Source: Dehalococcoidia bacterium (GTDB taxonomy: Bacteria; Chloroflexota; Dehalococcoidia; Lucifugimonadales; Lucifugimonadaceae). From it: DNA of 44,197 nt. The notes under the pieces were generated by a model. It worked only from the letters and a program-made list of their open reading frames with translations. It did no database searches and was not told where the DNA came from. How positions within the stretch are numbered: the stretch's first letter is position 1; each line of letters opens with the position of its first letter. The stretch spans positions 1-44,197 of the forward strand of contig JAAZYK010000001.1 in assembly GCA_014239685.1 (NCBI GenBank), written 5' to 3'. The position numbers and the translations under genes are program-made. Below are positions 25,163 to 34,646 of the stretch, piece after piece.

Positions 25163-26380
25163 TTATTCAGCTGTTTTGCCTGCCTTCTCCCGGACCTTCC
25201 TGCCGATGCCGATACGGCGAGCCATGATCACCTTCTGGATGTCGGCGGTCGCTCCAGGGTGAAGGTCGACGATGCTGGATTTCATGAAAGAGTCCAACTG
25301 CCCGCCAGACGTGTCCCATCGAGGATCGTTCGTCAGGGCATAAGGGCCGACCAGCTCCATGATTGACTCCGCAGTCGCCAGGTGGGCCATCTTCCGGAAG
25401 TAAGAAGCTTGCGGGCCCTCGTACGTCATCTCGATATGTGAACGGTTCATCCAAAAGTTCCGGAGATCGAACAGTCTGGCGACCTCCGTCCTGATGAACA
25501 CATCGGCAAGCCGGTCCCGGACGTCGCTGTCCTCGAGAATCGGGCTCCCACCCTTCTTGAGGCCCATAGCGCGCTGTCGAGCACGGTCAAACCATCGGTT
25601 ACGCCCAATGCGGCCGCCGGAGCCGTGTTCAAGCTCTAGGTGAGTGGTGGCGACCTTCCAACCGTTGTTCACGCCGCCGACAAGGTTTGATGCAGGAACC
25701 CGCACGTTGTCAAAGAAAATCGTGTTCTTATGCCCGCGTCCCGGTCCACCGCCTTCGTCGCCCATCAACTCCATAGGCGTAATGGTGATACCAGGGGAAT
25801 CCGCCGGTATCAGGAACCAACTCAGGTTCTCATGGCGCTTACCGTCGGGGTCGGTACGGGTGATGGTCCAGAGATAGTCAGCACCGTGGGTGCCGCCGAC
25901 ATAGATCTTCTGGCCGTTCACTATGTAGTCGTCGCCATCCTGAACGGCCTCGGTTTGCGTTCCTGCTAGGTCGGAACCAGCCTCTGGCCCTGTGAGCAAC
26001 TGCCATGTAACGACCTCGCCCGTGAAGATAGGCGGCAGCATCCGGGTCTTCTGCTCGTCTGTGCCCCAGACAAGGATCGATGCCCCTCCAAGAGTTCCAC
26101 CTGTGTCGTAATAGGGCGGAATTCCAAGATCGTACGCGTCGATCTCTTCGCCGATCACGATGGCGTTGTCGACCGACAGACCGCCTCCTCCGTACTCCAC
26201 TGGTGCGGTCGGCCTTAACCAGCCAAGCTTGCCCAACTGACGACCGAACTCGCGGTACTTCGGGTAGTTCTCGTCAGAGTCGGAATCTCCCTCGATCACA
26301 GGAACATGTTCTGCTAGCCATGAACGGACCTCCTCACGAAAGGCTTCCTGTTCAACCGTGTAGGCGGGCTCGAAATCCAA
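25163..26380 (-). CDS. Acyl-CoA dehydrogenase (alpha-subunit-like)
   Basis: TTG start with GGAGAG SD. LLTGPEAGSDLAG, NGQKIYVGGTHGADYLW, helix-G-like THLELEHGSGG. C-terminal DLHPGATADIQ lacks Glu at the EGT position. Confidence 0.85.
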   Translation of the reverse strand: MDFEPAYTVEQEAFREEVRSWLAEHVPVIEGDSDSDENYPKYREFGRQLGKLGWLRPTAPVEYGGGGLSVDNAIVIGEEIDAYDLGIPPYYDTGGTLGGASILVWGTDEQKTRMLPPIFTGEVVTWQLLTGPEAGSDLAGTQTEAVQDGDDYIVNGQKIYVGGTHGADYLWTITRTDPDGKRHENLSWFLIPADSPGITITPMELMGDEGGGPGRGHKNTIFFDNVRVPASNLVGGVNNGWKVATTHLELEHGSGGRIGRNRWFDRARQRAMGLKKGGSPILEDSDVRDRLADVFIRTEVARLFDLRNFWMNRSHIEMTYEGPQASYFRKMAHLATAESIMELVGPYALTNDPRWDTSGGQLDSFMKSSIVDLHPGATADIQKVIMARRIGIGRKVREKAGKTAE

Positions 26381-26532
26381 AATTTACTCTCCGCTACTCT
26401 CAAAGGCGTACGGGCATGTCCCAAACAAGACCCAAGCGGGAGTGTACAGCAGGCTCCGAGACAAATATGTCTGAGTTCTATTCGGAATCAAGGCCGTCTA
26501 TTAATGTCGAGAGTTCTAGTGTTGTCGTTAGC

Positions 26533-28071
26533 CTATTTACCGTTTTTGATGAAGTCGGCGACCCGTTCTCCGATCATGATGATCGTGGCATTCGTGTTGG
26601 CGCGGATGCAGTCCGGCATTACCGAGCCATCTGCCAAGCGAAGGCCCTCAACGCCTCGTACACGGCAGTACTGGTCCAAAACCGCCATTTCGTCTGAAGA
26701 TGGCCCCATCTTCGCTGTCCCCGAGATATGGTGCATCGTCTCTACGTTGCGCATCATCCACGCATCTAACGTTTCATCCGTCACGACATCGGCTGGCGCC
26801 GGATCTATAAGGGCGCCGATGATCGGTTCGAAAGCTTTGTGTTCCGAAAGGCGAAGATTCAGCCGCACTCCATCACGCAAACGTTTTATGTCGGACGGAT
26901 CGTCCAAGAAGTTGTAGTTGAGGGATGGTTGGACAGACACATCGGGAGAAGTAAGCCGTAGTTCTCCCGAAGATTTCGCTAGATAAAGCCCGGCGCTCAT
27001 CACAATGAGCCTTTCTGGAGAGTTCCAGCGCATGACCGTAATCATGTCGTTGCGTTGGTTCGAGTCCGTCGCCGTGTACCGGAGAGCGACTTTCTGGGGT
27101 CCGATATCGGCGCCGGGCATCTGAAAGTCATCTTTCGCGTTCCAGCGCGTGTGGACCGTGACGTGATCGCGTAGGTTCTGCCCCACCCCGGGGGAGTCCA
27201 GGACAACCGGTATGTCAAACTCTCGAAGGTGTGCCGCAGGTCCGATGCCAGATAACATCAGCAATTGAGGGCTAGCAATTGGGCCAGTGGACAAAATTAT
27301 CTCGTTGCCTGTAACGGTGAAGGTCTCCCCTCCGGATTCCACCACTACCCCGGATGCTCGGTGGCCGTCGAAAACAACCTTATGAGCCGTACAGTTTGGT
27401 CTTATGGTGAGGTTGATGCGGTGCCGCGCCTGCGACAGGTAACCAATGCTGGTGCTCCACCGGATGTCATTTGGATTGTTCAAGGGTAGGGGGCCGATGC
27501 CGGTGGAATCCGGATCGTTGTGATCTGGGCTATCGGCAAAACCAGCGTCCCGGCAAGCGTCAGTGAATGCCGCCTGGTCATTCATCAATTCATCCGGCAT
27601 GAAGCGACGAACCATGATCGGCCCGTCGTTGCCGTGATAGTCGCCGGAATAGTTAGTGTCGGTCTCTATCTTGTTCAAGTACGGGAACACCTTCTCGTAC
27701 GCCCACTGTTCGTTGCCCCGTGATGCCCAGCCGTCGAAATCTTCAGGCAGGCCACGCAGAAAAACGGATCCGTTGATGGCACTCGTTCCTCCAGTGACGC
27801 GTCCCCGTGGGACACGCATGGGAGGGGATGTGGCTGTCGCGGTGCCGGTGAACTGCCAGTCGTGGTCTCCGCCTACGGCAGAGTTGAGGCCGATTCCAAG
27901 GTCTGTCCCGGTGCCGTGATTGAATTTGACGTCATCTGGAAGTGAGTCGATGTTCGGGTAATCCGGCCCGGCTTCCAGTAGCAAAACGCTAAGGTTTGGG
28001 TCTTCTGAAAGTCTTGTCGCAACGGTCGCTCCGCCGGAGCCAGATCCAACAACTATGACGTCGTAATTCAC
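26533..28071 (-). CDS. GMC-family FAD oxidoreductase (choline-dehydrogenase-like), paralogue 1
   Basis: GTG start with GGGAGAA SD. YDVIVVGSGSGGATVATRLSED, GGTSAINGSVFLRG, HHISGTAKMG and LRLADGSVMPDCIRANTNAT. Confidence 0.9.
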   Translation of the reverse strand: MNYDVIVVGSGSGGATVATRLSEDPNLSVLLLEAGPDYPNIDSLPDDVKFNHGTGTDLGIGLNSAVGGDHDWQFTGTATATSPPMRVPRGRVTGGTSAINGSVFLRGLPEDFDGWASRGNEQWAYEKVFPYLNKIETDTNYSGDYHGNDGPIMVRRFMPDELMNDQAAFTDACRDAGFADSPDHNDPDSTGIGPLPLNNPNDIRWSTSIGYLSQARHRINLTIRPNCTAHKVVFDGHRASGVVVESGGETFTVTGNEIILSTGPIASPQLLMLSGIGPAAHLREFDIPVVLDSPGVGQNLRDHVTVHTRWNAKDDFQMPGADIGPQKVALRYTATDSNQRNDMITVMRWNSPERLIVMSAGLYLAKSSGELRLTSPDVSVQPSLNYNFLDDPSDIKRLRDGVRLNLRLSEHKAFEPIIGALIDPAPADVVTDETLDAWMMRNVETMHHISGTAKMGPSSDEMAVLDQYCRVRGVEGLRLADGSVMPDCIRANTNATIIMIGERVADFIKNGK

Positions 28072-28248
28072 GCCGGTTCTCCCTGATCAAACTCTGGATA
28101 ACTCGACCAAATAATCTCTACGCCGAGTAGGAAATAAAGCGGGGATATGAGCATGCAGCGAACAAGGATAGTCGGTATCGTGGGCGTATGTAGGGACGAG
28201 GGAAATTCGAACTAGCGAAGGGCATTGATCGTCTCTATGCCTCATGTT

Positions 28249-29769
28249 CTAACAGTCTCCCTTGATAAAATCAGCTACGCGCTCGCCGATCATGATGACC
28301 GTGGCGTTTGTATTTGCTCGCACGCAGTCAGGCATCACGGATGCGTCGGCTACTCGAAGTCCGTTGACGCCCTTAACACGGCAGTATTGGTCAACTACGG
28401 CTAACTTGTCGGAATCCGGGCCCATTTTTAACGTGCCAGTGATGTGGTGCATCGTCGTAACGTTTCGTCTTATCCATGCATCTAGCGCCTTGTCAGTCGT
28501 GATGTCGCCGACAGCGGGGTCCAGCAACGGGCCGAGGATAGAGGCGAATGATTTATGTCGCGCGAGACGAATATTAAGTAGCACGCCAGCGCGTAAGCGC
28601 TCGATGTCGGATTGATGAGCTAGGTAGTTGTAGTCGAGAAATGGGTGAACGGATACGTCTTGGGAAGTCAGACGCAATTCACCGCTAGAACGTGCCATGT
28701 ATAAGCCTGCGCTCATCATCACGATTTGTTCTGGCGATTTCCAACGGATCATCGTGAGCATGTCGTTGCGGAGACTCGAGCCTTCCGCTGTGTAGCGAAG
28801 AGCTACATTTTGTGGGCCCTGGTCACCCACAGGCATCGGCAAACTTTCTTTGGCCCGCCATTTCTGATGCACCGTTGCGTGATCGCGAAGATTTTGTCCG
28901 ACGCCCGGCGAATCGACCAAGACAGGGATTCCAAACGCTGTGAGATGTGTAGCCGGGCCTATGCCGGACACCATCAACAGCTGAGCGCTGGATATTGTTC
29001 CCGCGCACAGGATGATTTCATCTCCCGAAACGGTAAATGTCTCTCCCAAAGATTTCACGATAACGCCGGTTGTTCTGTGCCCATCGAAAATAAGATTCTG
29101 TGCCGTGCAATTAGCCCTGATCGTGAGATTCAGGCGGGGCCTGGCTTCCGACAGGTAAGCGATGCTGGTGCTCCATCGGATTAAATCTGGATTGTTATGT
29201 GGCGATGGTCCGACTCCGGTGGAGTCAGGCAGGTTGTGGTCAAGACTGTCCGGGAAGCCCGCGTCTAGACACGCGTCATACAAAGCAATTTGTTCAGCCA
29301 TGAGCTCATCGCGCATGAATCTTCGTACGATTACAGGACCATCTGAACCATGAAAATCACCTGAATAATCGGTGTCGGTTTCTATCTTGTTGAAGTAGGG
29401 GAACACCTTGTTGTGCGACCACTCGTCATTGCCCCATGAAGCCCAGTCGTCGAAATCTTCAGGCAAACCTCGCAAGAAGACAGAACCATTAATTGCACTG
29501 GTTCCACCTGTGACCTTGCCTCGAGGTACTGGCATGGGCGGTGCTTCGGCGGTGGCGTTCCCGGTGTACTGCCAGTCATGTTCCCCGCCAACAGCCAGGT
29601 CTGTACCGGTCCCATGATTGAACTTGAGATCAAACGGAAGGGTGTCTATATCCGGATAGTCGGGCCCAGCTTCCAGAAGTAGAACGCTGCGACTCGGGTC
29701 CTCCGATAACCTTGCAGCGACGGTTGCCCCGCCGGATCCAGCTCCGACAACAATGACGTCGTACTTCAA
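28249..29769 (-). CDS. GMC-family FAD oxidoreductase, paralogue 2
   Basis: TTG start with GGGGGA SD. Collinear with 26533-28071 (YDVIVVGAGSGGATVAARLSED, HHITGTLKMG, VADASVMPDCVRANTNAT). Confidence 0.9.
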   Translation of the reverse strand: MKYDVIVVGAGSGGATVAARLSEDPSRSVLLLEAGPDYPDIDTLPFDLKFNHGTGTDLAVGGEHDWQYTGNATAEAPPMPVPRGKVTGGTSAINGSVFLRGLPEDFDDWASWGNDEWSHNKVFPYFNKIETDTDYSGDFHGSDGPVIVRRFMRDELMAEQIALYDACLDAGFPDSLDHNLPDSTGVGPSPHNNPDLIRWSTSIAYLSEARPRLNLTIRANCTAQNLIFDGHRTTGVIVKSLGETFTVSGDEIILCAGTISSAQLLMVSGIGPATHLTAFGIPVLVDSPGVGQNLRDHATVHQKWRAKESLPMPVGDQGPQNVALRYTAEGSSLRNDMLTMIRWKSPEQIVMMSAGLYMARSSGELRLTSQDVSVHPFLDYNYLAHQSDIERLRAGVLLNIRLARHKSFASILGPLLDPAVGDITTDKALDAWIRRNVTTMHHITGTLKMGPDSDKLAVVDQYCRVKGVNGLRVADASVMPDCVRANTNATVIMIGERVADFIKGDC

Positions 29770-29873
29770 ATTAAATCCCCCTGCTCAACCTCTAGATACC
29801 ATGAGGGAAAGGTTGCTGAACCGTTGGGTAGGCGATGCGATATGAACACTTAGTGAATAACCGATCACACCGG

Positions 29874-31412
29874 TTAATTCGGGGCTGTATCCCCTACGAC
29901 ACGCACTCGCACCCGAAGTGCGTCGCCCGGTACGTATGAAAGTGGCAAATCTTCCACCTCCACGACGGATAGTGTTTCTGAATCGGCACCCGCAAGGACG
30001 GTACGTTTTTTGGCTAATTCCGTGGCCGCCTCGATAGATGCCGTTCGACCCATCTCGGTAAAGACCTGATCTACTTCGCCACTTACCTGGGCGATTGCAG
30101 CCCCAACCGCGTTAGCGACCCCACGATGTTCGACCTGAATCACTTCGGAAATCCCAGATAGTTGGGCCGGAACTAGAAATGCGCCTCCCCCGACCGCGAT
30201 CAGTGGAACCGGGTTGGCATCGACCTTCATCCTGTCAACGGCTTCATCGACCATCTCAGCTATTCGGCTCATGGCGGCGTCCTGCACCGATGGTTCTAGA
30301 GATTCCACGGCAGTAGTATCGCCAAGTTTGATTAAACCAGCCGCTGAGGCAACGTCTGTGGCAGTCAAGGTATCGCCACCAAACACAAGCGCTTCTGTGG
30401 TGATCCGATGTCCGACGCTGACCGGCCCAATGGAAGAACCACCTGCTTGCACGACAGAACCTCCTCCGAGTCCCACTGAAAGCAGGTCTGGCATTCGGAA
30501 AAGCGTGCGGACTCCACCGATTTCGACTACGTTATTGGCCTCACGGGGGAAACCTGCTTGTAGCACCCCTACGTCTGTGGTGGTGCCACCCACATCGATA
30601 ACAATTCCGTCGTTGAGCCCCGTCAAAAAGGCGGCTCCCCGCATACTGTTCGTCGGTCCCGATGCGAAGCTGTAAATAGGGAACTCTGCGGCGAATTCGG
30701 CCCGCATCACGGTGCCATCGTTTTGTGTCATATAGAGCGGTGCTTGTATGCCACTTTGGCCAAGCGCCCTAGTGAAAGCGCGAGTGGTTTTACGGGCAAG
30801 ATCGATGATGCAGGCATTCAGGAGTGTGGCGTTCTCACGCTCCAACAGGCCAATGCGTCCTAGATCGTGAGAGAGAGTGATGTCCACTCCTGGGCATTCC
30901 TGTCGGACTATCTCGCCTGCAGCCTCTTCACACTCCGCGGTTAATGGCGAAAAGACGCTCGCTATTCCGACAGACGTGATACCTGACTCAGCGATCTCCC
31001 GTGCCGCTTTTCGCATTTCCTCGACATCGAAATCGACAATAGGGCGCCCATCATATTCGTGTCCACCTTTGATCATGAAAACGCGTCCACGAACGATCCT
31101 CGCAAGATCATCGGGCCAGTCCACAAATGGCGGAAGAGATGCACTTGCAGGAAGACCGATACGTACGGCGGCGACAGGTTTTAGATCGCGCCGTTGTATC
31201 ACGGCGTTGGTGAAATGCGTGGTTCCGATCATCACGGCATCGATTCGCCCGGGACCTTCATCCATCCCCGACACAAGATCCTTCAAAGCATTCAAAATGC
31301 CGCCGGTGACATCCTCTGTGGTTGGCGTTTTGACCCCGGCAACCACAGAGTCATCTTGGATCAAGACAGCGTCCGTGTTAGTTCCCCCGACATCTATTCC
31401 GATACGCCTCAT
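29874..31412 (-). CDS. Hydantoinase/oxoprolinase A-type (HyuA-like, ASKHA-fold) protein
   Basis: MRRIGIDVGGTNTDAVLI, IVIDVGGTTTDVG. Start overlaps the DUF917 stop (ATGA). Confidence 0.88.
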   Translation of the reverse strand: MRRIGIDVGGTNTDAVLIQDDSVVAGVKTPTTEDVTGGILNALKDLVSGMDEGPGRIDAVMIGTTHFTNAVIQRRDLKPVAAVRIGLPASASLPPFVDWPDDLARIVRGRVFMIKGGHEYDGRPIVDFDVEEMRKAAREIAESGITSVGIASVFSPLTAECEEAAGEIVRQECPGVDITLSHDLGRIGLLERENATLLNACIIDLARKTTRAFTRALGQSGIQAPLYMTQNDGTVMRAEFAAEFPIYSFASGPTNSMRGAAFLTGLNDGIVIDVGGTTTDVGVLQAGFPREANNVVEIGGVRTLFRMPDLLSVGLGGGSVVQAGGSSIGPVSVGHRITTEALVFGGDTLTATDVASAAGLIKLGDTTAVESLEPSVQDAAMSRIAEMVDEAVDRMKVDANPVPLIAVGGGAFLVPAQLSGISEVIQVEHRGVANAVGAAIAQVSGEVDQVFTEMGRTASIEAATELAKKRTVLAGADSETLSVVEVEDLPLSYVPGDALRVRVRVVGDTAPN

Positions 31413-32506
31413 GTTTGAGCTCCATCAACGAACACAGACCTGAACTCCATATCGTATCCGAACGCCCGCGGCCCAACGTTTTGAAGGCCACGCTCGGAAG
31501 TCAATATCGACGCCGCGGGCAGGGCTATCACGGAGACGCGCTGACCGTAGCGAAGTGTCTCGGTGCCGATCGCCTCGCCGGATAGCGTGTCCATTACACA
31601 GATAATCTCCGGCACCGTGGCCGCTGGTTTACCATCCAAGAGTCCGATGGTGAATTCGTTCTGGAATTCCAACCGAAACTCGTGGCCGGCGTTTTCATCA
31701 AGCCCGTCGATCGCGGCCGAGCCGCGCAGGAATCCCTCGGTCGCCCGTCTGTCTATATCCGTGATCTTCCCGCGGAACAACAGTATTCCGCCTTCTTGAT
31801 CCAGTGCCGCCGCCACCGGGTCTTCATGCGCGGCACGGGCGGCCTCGACGGCGTGACCGAGTTCGATGGCCCTTGTTGTGGTGTAGAGAATGCCCCAGTC
31901 CTTGACTTCTTTGCCGGAACGGGGCGCTTTGCATGTAGAGGCCACCGAACCCACTTCGGTACAGATCTTCCGACTGATCCGCTCCATCCACTTCCAGCTC
32001 GCGGCTCGGGCGACGATCGTCTCGTTATCCCGGATGTCGGCCAGGCAGAGCGGGAACATCTGGAGATCTCCAATGGCAAAACTTGTCATTTGAGCTTCGG
32101 GGAACGCACGGCCCATCGAGTCAGCATCGACCACCGGAAGCCCGGTCACGGCCGCCACCATAAGGGGCTGCAGGGCGTTGCCGCCGCCGATTTCCAGAGA
32201 CATGACGGCATTAAATTTGCGTCCGAGGTACTCCTCCATCATCCGGACGGGTTTGGCGGCGAAATCAGGATCCCGCAAGCGCTCTTGCCCAACCAGAGGC
32301 GCTCCCATGCTGGAAACGACCGCTACGAGATCGTCATCGCCCAACGTCATCGGGTCGATCAGTGTGACCCGCTTGTTCGCCTTGTACATCTCCCGCATGT
32401 TCAGATACGAGTAGTAAGGGCTTCCGCCGCCGCCTGCGCCAAGGATCCAAGCTCCGGTGGAGAGAGCGGTCAGTTCGGCGGTCTCAATCTCTCTGGAATC
32501 AACCAT
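31409..32506 (-). CDS. DUF917 family protein (usual partner of HyuA-like proteins)
   Basis: ORF 31409..32629 trimmed to the ATG at 32506 (MVDSREI...), which overlaps the upstream crotonase stop by 8 nt (ATGGTTGA). GAWILGAGGGGSPY motif. Confidence 0.8.
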   Translation of the reverse strand: MVDSREIETAELTALSTGAWILGAGGGGSPYYSYLNMREMYKANKRVTLIDPMTLGDDDLVAVVSSMGAPLVGQERLRDPDFAAKPVRMMEEYLGRKFNAVMSLEIGGGNALQPLMVAAVTGLPVVDADSMGRAFPEAQMTSFAIGDLQMFPLCLADIRDNETIVARAASWKWMERISRKICTEVGSVASTCKAPRSGKEVKDWGILYTTTRAIELGHAVEAARAAHEDPVAAALDQEGGILLFRGKITDIDRRATEGFLRGSAAIDGLDENAGHEFRLEFQNEFTIGLLDGKPAATVPEIICVMDTLSGEAIGTETLRYGQRVSVIALPAASILTSERGLQNVGPRAFGYDMEFRSVFVDGAQT

Positions 32507-33356
32507 TCGACTCTGACTCGTTTCGTTTTGATGCTTGAAGCGCCTCGTAGTTGTCGAACGCCCGCTGGACCATCGGCCGTCGTCTTCCTTCTGGCTGCTG
32601 CAGAGCGTATCCCGGGTCGCTTTCACCAAGCGAACTCAGGTTGAAGAGTGGGAAGGCGCCCTGAATATGCTGGGTGAAACCCTGGGCGTCTTGCATCTGG
32701 TTGATCGCAAGTTTGATCATCCGCAACTGGAACGGATCGTTCGCCGCCACGCGCGCTGCGTATGCCATCGACTCTTCTTCAAGTTTCTCCTTCGGAAACA
32801 CCCGGTTCACGTAGCCAAGATCCAGCGCCTCCTGAGCGTCCACGAACCGACTCTCAAACAGGATCTCTCGGGCCTTACGGTGATGCATTTCCCAAGGCAC
32901 CGAGAAGTACTGGAAATTGGCCGGGAGGAACATGGCGTCTTCAGCGGCGAACACCACGTCCATCGCTGACGAGATGATCCATCCAGCGAAGATACAGTAA
33001 CCCTGAACGGCGGCGATGGTGGGCTTGGGAAGATTGCGCCAGCGTAAGGATTTATCGATGTTTTGGTCAAACCCTCGCCTGTACTTGCCTCGGAGTCCCT
33101 CCTCGATGGGACGCAGTTCACGGTCTGCCATCTCTTCCGGTGTTCCCAGATCGTGGCCTGCCGAGAAGTGGTCGCCTCCGCCCGCAAGGACTATCGCCCC
33201 GATACTGTCGTCCTCGCCCGCATACGCGAAAGCGTGGTCCAGCTCTTCCAGCAGGATGCGGCTCTGGGCGTTACGGTACCTCGGCCGATTGAGAACGATC
33301 CGAGCAACCCGCCCGTGCTGCTCGTAAATGATCTGTTTGTAGTCGCTGGGTGGCAT
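32499..33356 (-). CDS. Crotonase-fold (enoyl-CoA hydratase/isomerase family) protein
   Basis: ARIVLNRPRYRNAQ, AIVLAGGGDHFSAGHDLG, AAVQGYCIFAGWIISSAMDVVFA. GGGAG SD. Confidence 0.85.
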   Translation of the reverse strand: MPPSDYKQIIYEQHGRVARIVLNRPRYRNAQSRILLEELDHAFAYAGEDDSIGAIVLAGGGDHFSAGHDLGTPEEMADRELRPIEEGLRGKYRRGFDQNIDKSLRWRNLPKPTIAAVQGYCIFAGWIISSAMDVVFAAEDAMFLPANFQYFSVPWEMHHRKAREILFESRFVDAQEALDLGYVNRVFPKEKLEEESMAYAARVAANDPFQLRMIKLAINQMQDAQGFTQHIQGAFPLFNLSSLGESDPGYALQQPEGRRRPMVQRAFDNYEALQASKRNESESNG

Positions 33357-33389
33357 GAATGTGCTCCCGCACTTATTGATTAACTTTGT

Positions 33390-34646
33390 TTAAGAAGGCC
33401 CTGCGCCGGTGATGCCGCGATTAACTAGATCCGCGTATTCGTCTTCTTTGAGGCCAAGCAGTCGTTCAAGCACTTCCTGCGTGTGTTGACCTTGCAGGGG
33501 GGCGTGACGGCTCACCATCACCGGAGTGCCGGAGAACTGCACCGGTATCCCTGAATGCGGGTGAGTCCCGGCTTCCGGGTGATCGATTTCTACGATGAAG
33601 CCGCGCTCGCGGAGTGTCTCGTCATCGGCAACCTCATGGGCGTCCAGCACCGGCGCCGCGATTACACCCGCGTTCGATAAGCGCCCCGCAAGGTCGTCAC
33701 GTTTGTGGCCGCCAACCCATGCTGTGATCTCAGCATCAAGCGCGTCCTCATTCGCTTTTCTGGCGGCGTTGTTCGAGAACCGGATGTCTTCGAGCCAACC
33801 GTTCCCACCGGCGACCTCACACAGAGTCATCCACTGACTCTCCGTCTCGGCGGCCAGTGCGAGCCACTTATCGTCGGCCGTTGCATATATGCCGTGCGGG
33901 GCGAATGTCATATGCCGATTGCCGCGCCGACCACGGACATTTCCGGTCATACGCTCCTCAAGGAGTGCATCGCCGATGAATGCCAGGCTGGATTCCTGCA
34001 TCGATAGGTCGACGTACTGGCCCTCGCCGGTCATCTCGCGGTGCATCAACGCGGTCACGATTCCGGCGAATCCGTTCAACCCGGCTGCGGCGTCCGGGTA
34101 CATCTGCCCGGAGTTGAGCGGAGGGCCGTCTTCGTAGCCAAGTAAGGACGACATCCCAGAAATCGGTTCGATGGTGCCTCCGATTCCGGGGACATCCCGC
34201 CATGGCCCGTTATTTCCGAAAGCCGAGAGGCTGCATACGATGATGTCCGACTTGATGTGGCGCAGCGCTTCGTATTCGATCCCCAGATTGCTGAGCACGC
34301 GCGGCGCAAAATTCTCGGCCACGAAATCGGCCAGCAGGACGAGGCGTTTAAAAAGATCTACGCCCTCCGGGTCTGTCAGATCCAACGTGATGCACTGTTT
34401 GCTTAGATTGACGGAGTTGTAGAGTGGATTGACGTTCCATGGATGCTGGTCTGCAGCGGCTCCGGGAGCATCCGCCACAGTGTCTGGTATCGGCCGATCG
34501 TAGGAGCCGCGCCATGAATCCGGCCGGCCGTGAAACTCCACCTGGATTATCTCTGCCCCGAGCATTCCCAGAAGTTGTGTCGCGTAAGAGCCGGCCCAAG
34601 CCTGAGTTAGAACGATGCCCCGATATCCTGTCAGGGGACCAGTCAT
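33390..34646 (-). CDS. Family III CoA-transferase-fold protein lacking the expected catalytic Asp
   Basis: GIVLTQAWAGSYATQLLGMLGAEIIQVE, LSAFGNNGP, then VPGIGGTIEPISGM where PG(Y/F)Dxx(A/Q)xxxSG is expected. Start overlaps the upstream paralogue stop (ATGA). Confidence 0.85.
   Translation of the reverse strand: MTGPLTGYRGIVLTQAWAGSYATQLLGMLGAEIIQVEFHGRPDSWRGSYDRPIPDTVADAPGAAADQHPWNVNPLYNSVNLSKQCITLDLTDPEGVDLFKRLVLLADFVAENFAPRVLSNLGIEYEALRHIKSDIIVCSLSAFGNNGPWRDVPGIGGTIEPISGMSSLLGYEDGPPLNSGQMYPDAAAGLNGFAGIVTALMHREMTGEGQYVDLSMQESSLAFIGDALLEERMTGNVRGRRGNRHMTFAPHGIYATADDKWLALAAETESQWMTLCEVAGGNGWLEDIRFSNNAARKANEDALDAEITAWVGGHKRDDLAGRLSNAGVIAAPVLDAHEVADDETLRERGFIVEIDHPEAGTHPHSGIPVQFSGTPVMVSRHAPLQGQHTQEVLERLLGLKEDEYADLVNRGITGAGPS

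Noticed and set aside
26455-26476. Imperfect palindrome GAGACAAATATGTCTGAG upstream of the alpha-like ACAD, considered as a TetR-type operator.
   Set aside because: Only 5-bp arms (AGACA/TGTCT) pair cleanly, and there is no regulator gene nearby. The evidence is too weak.
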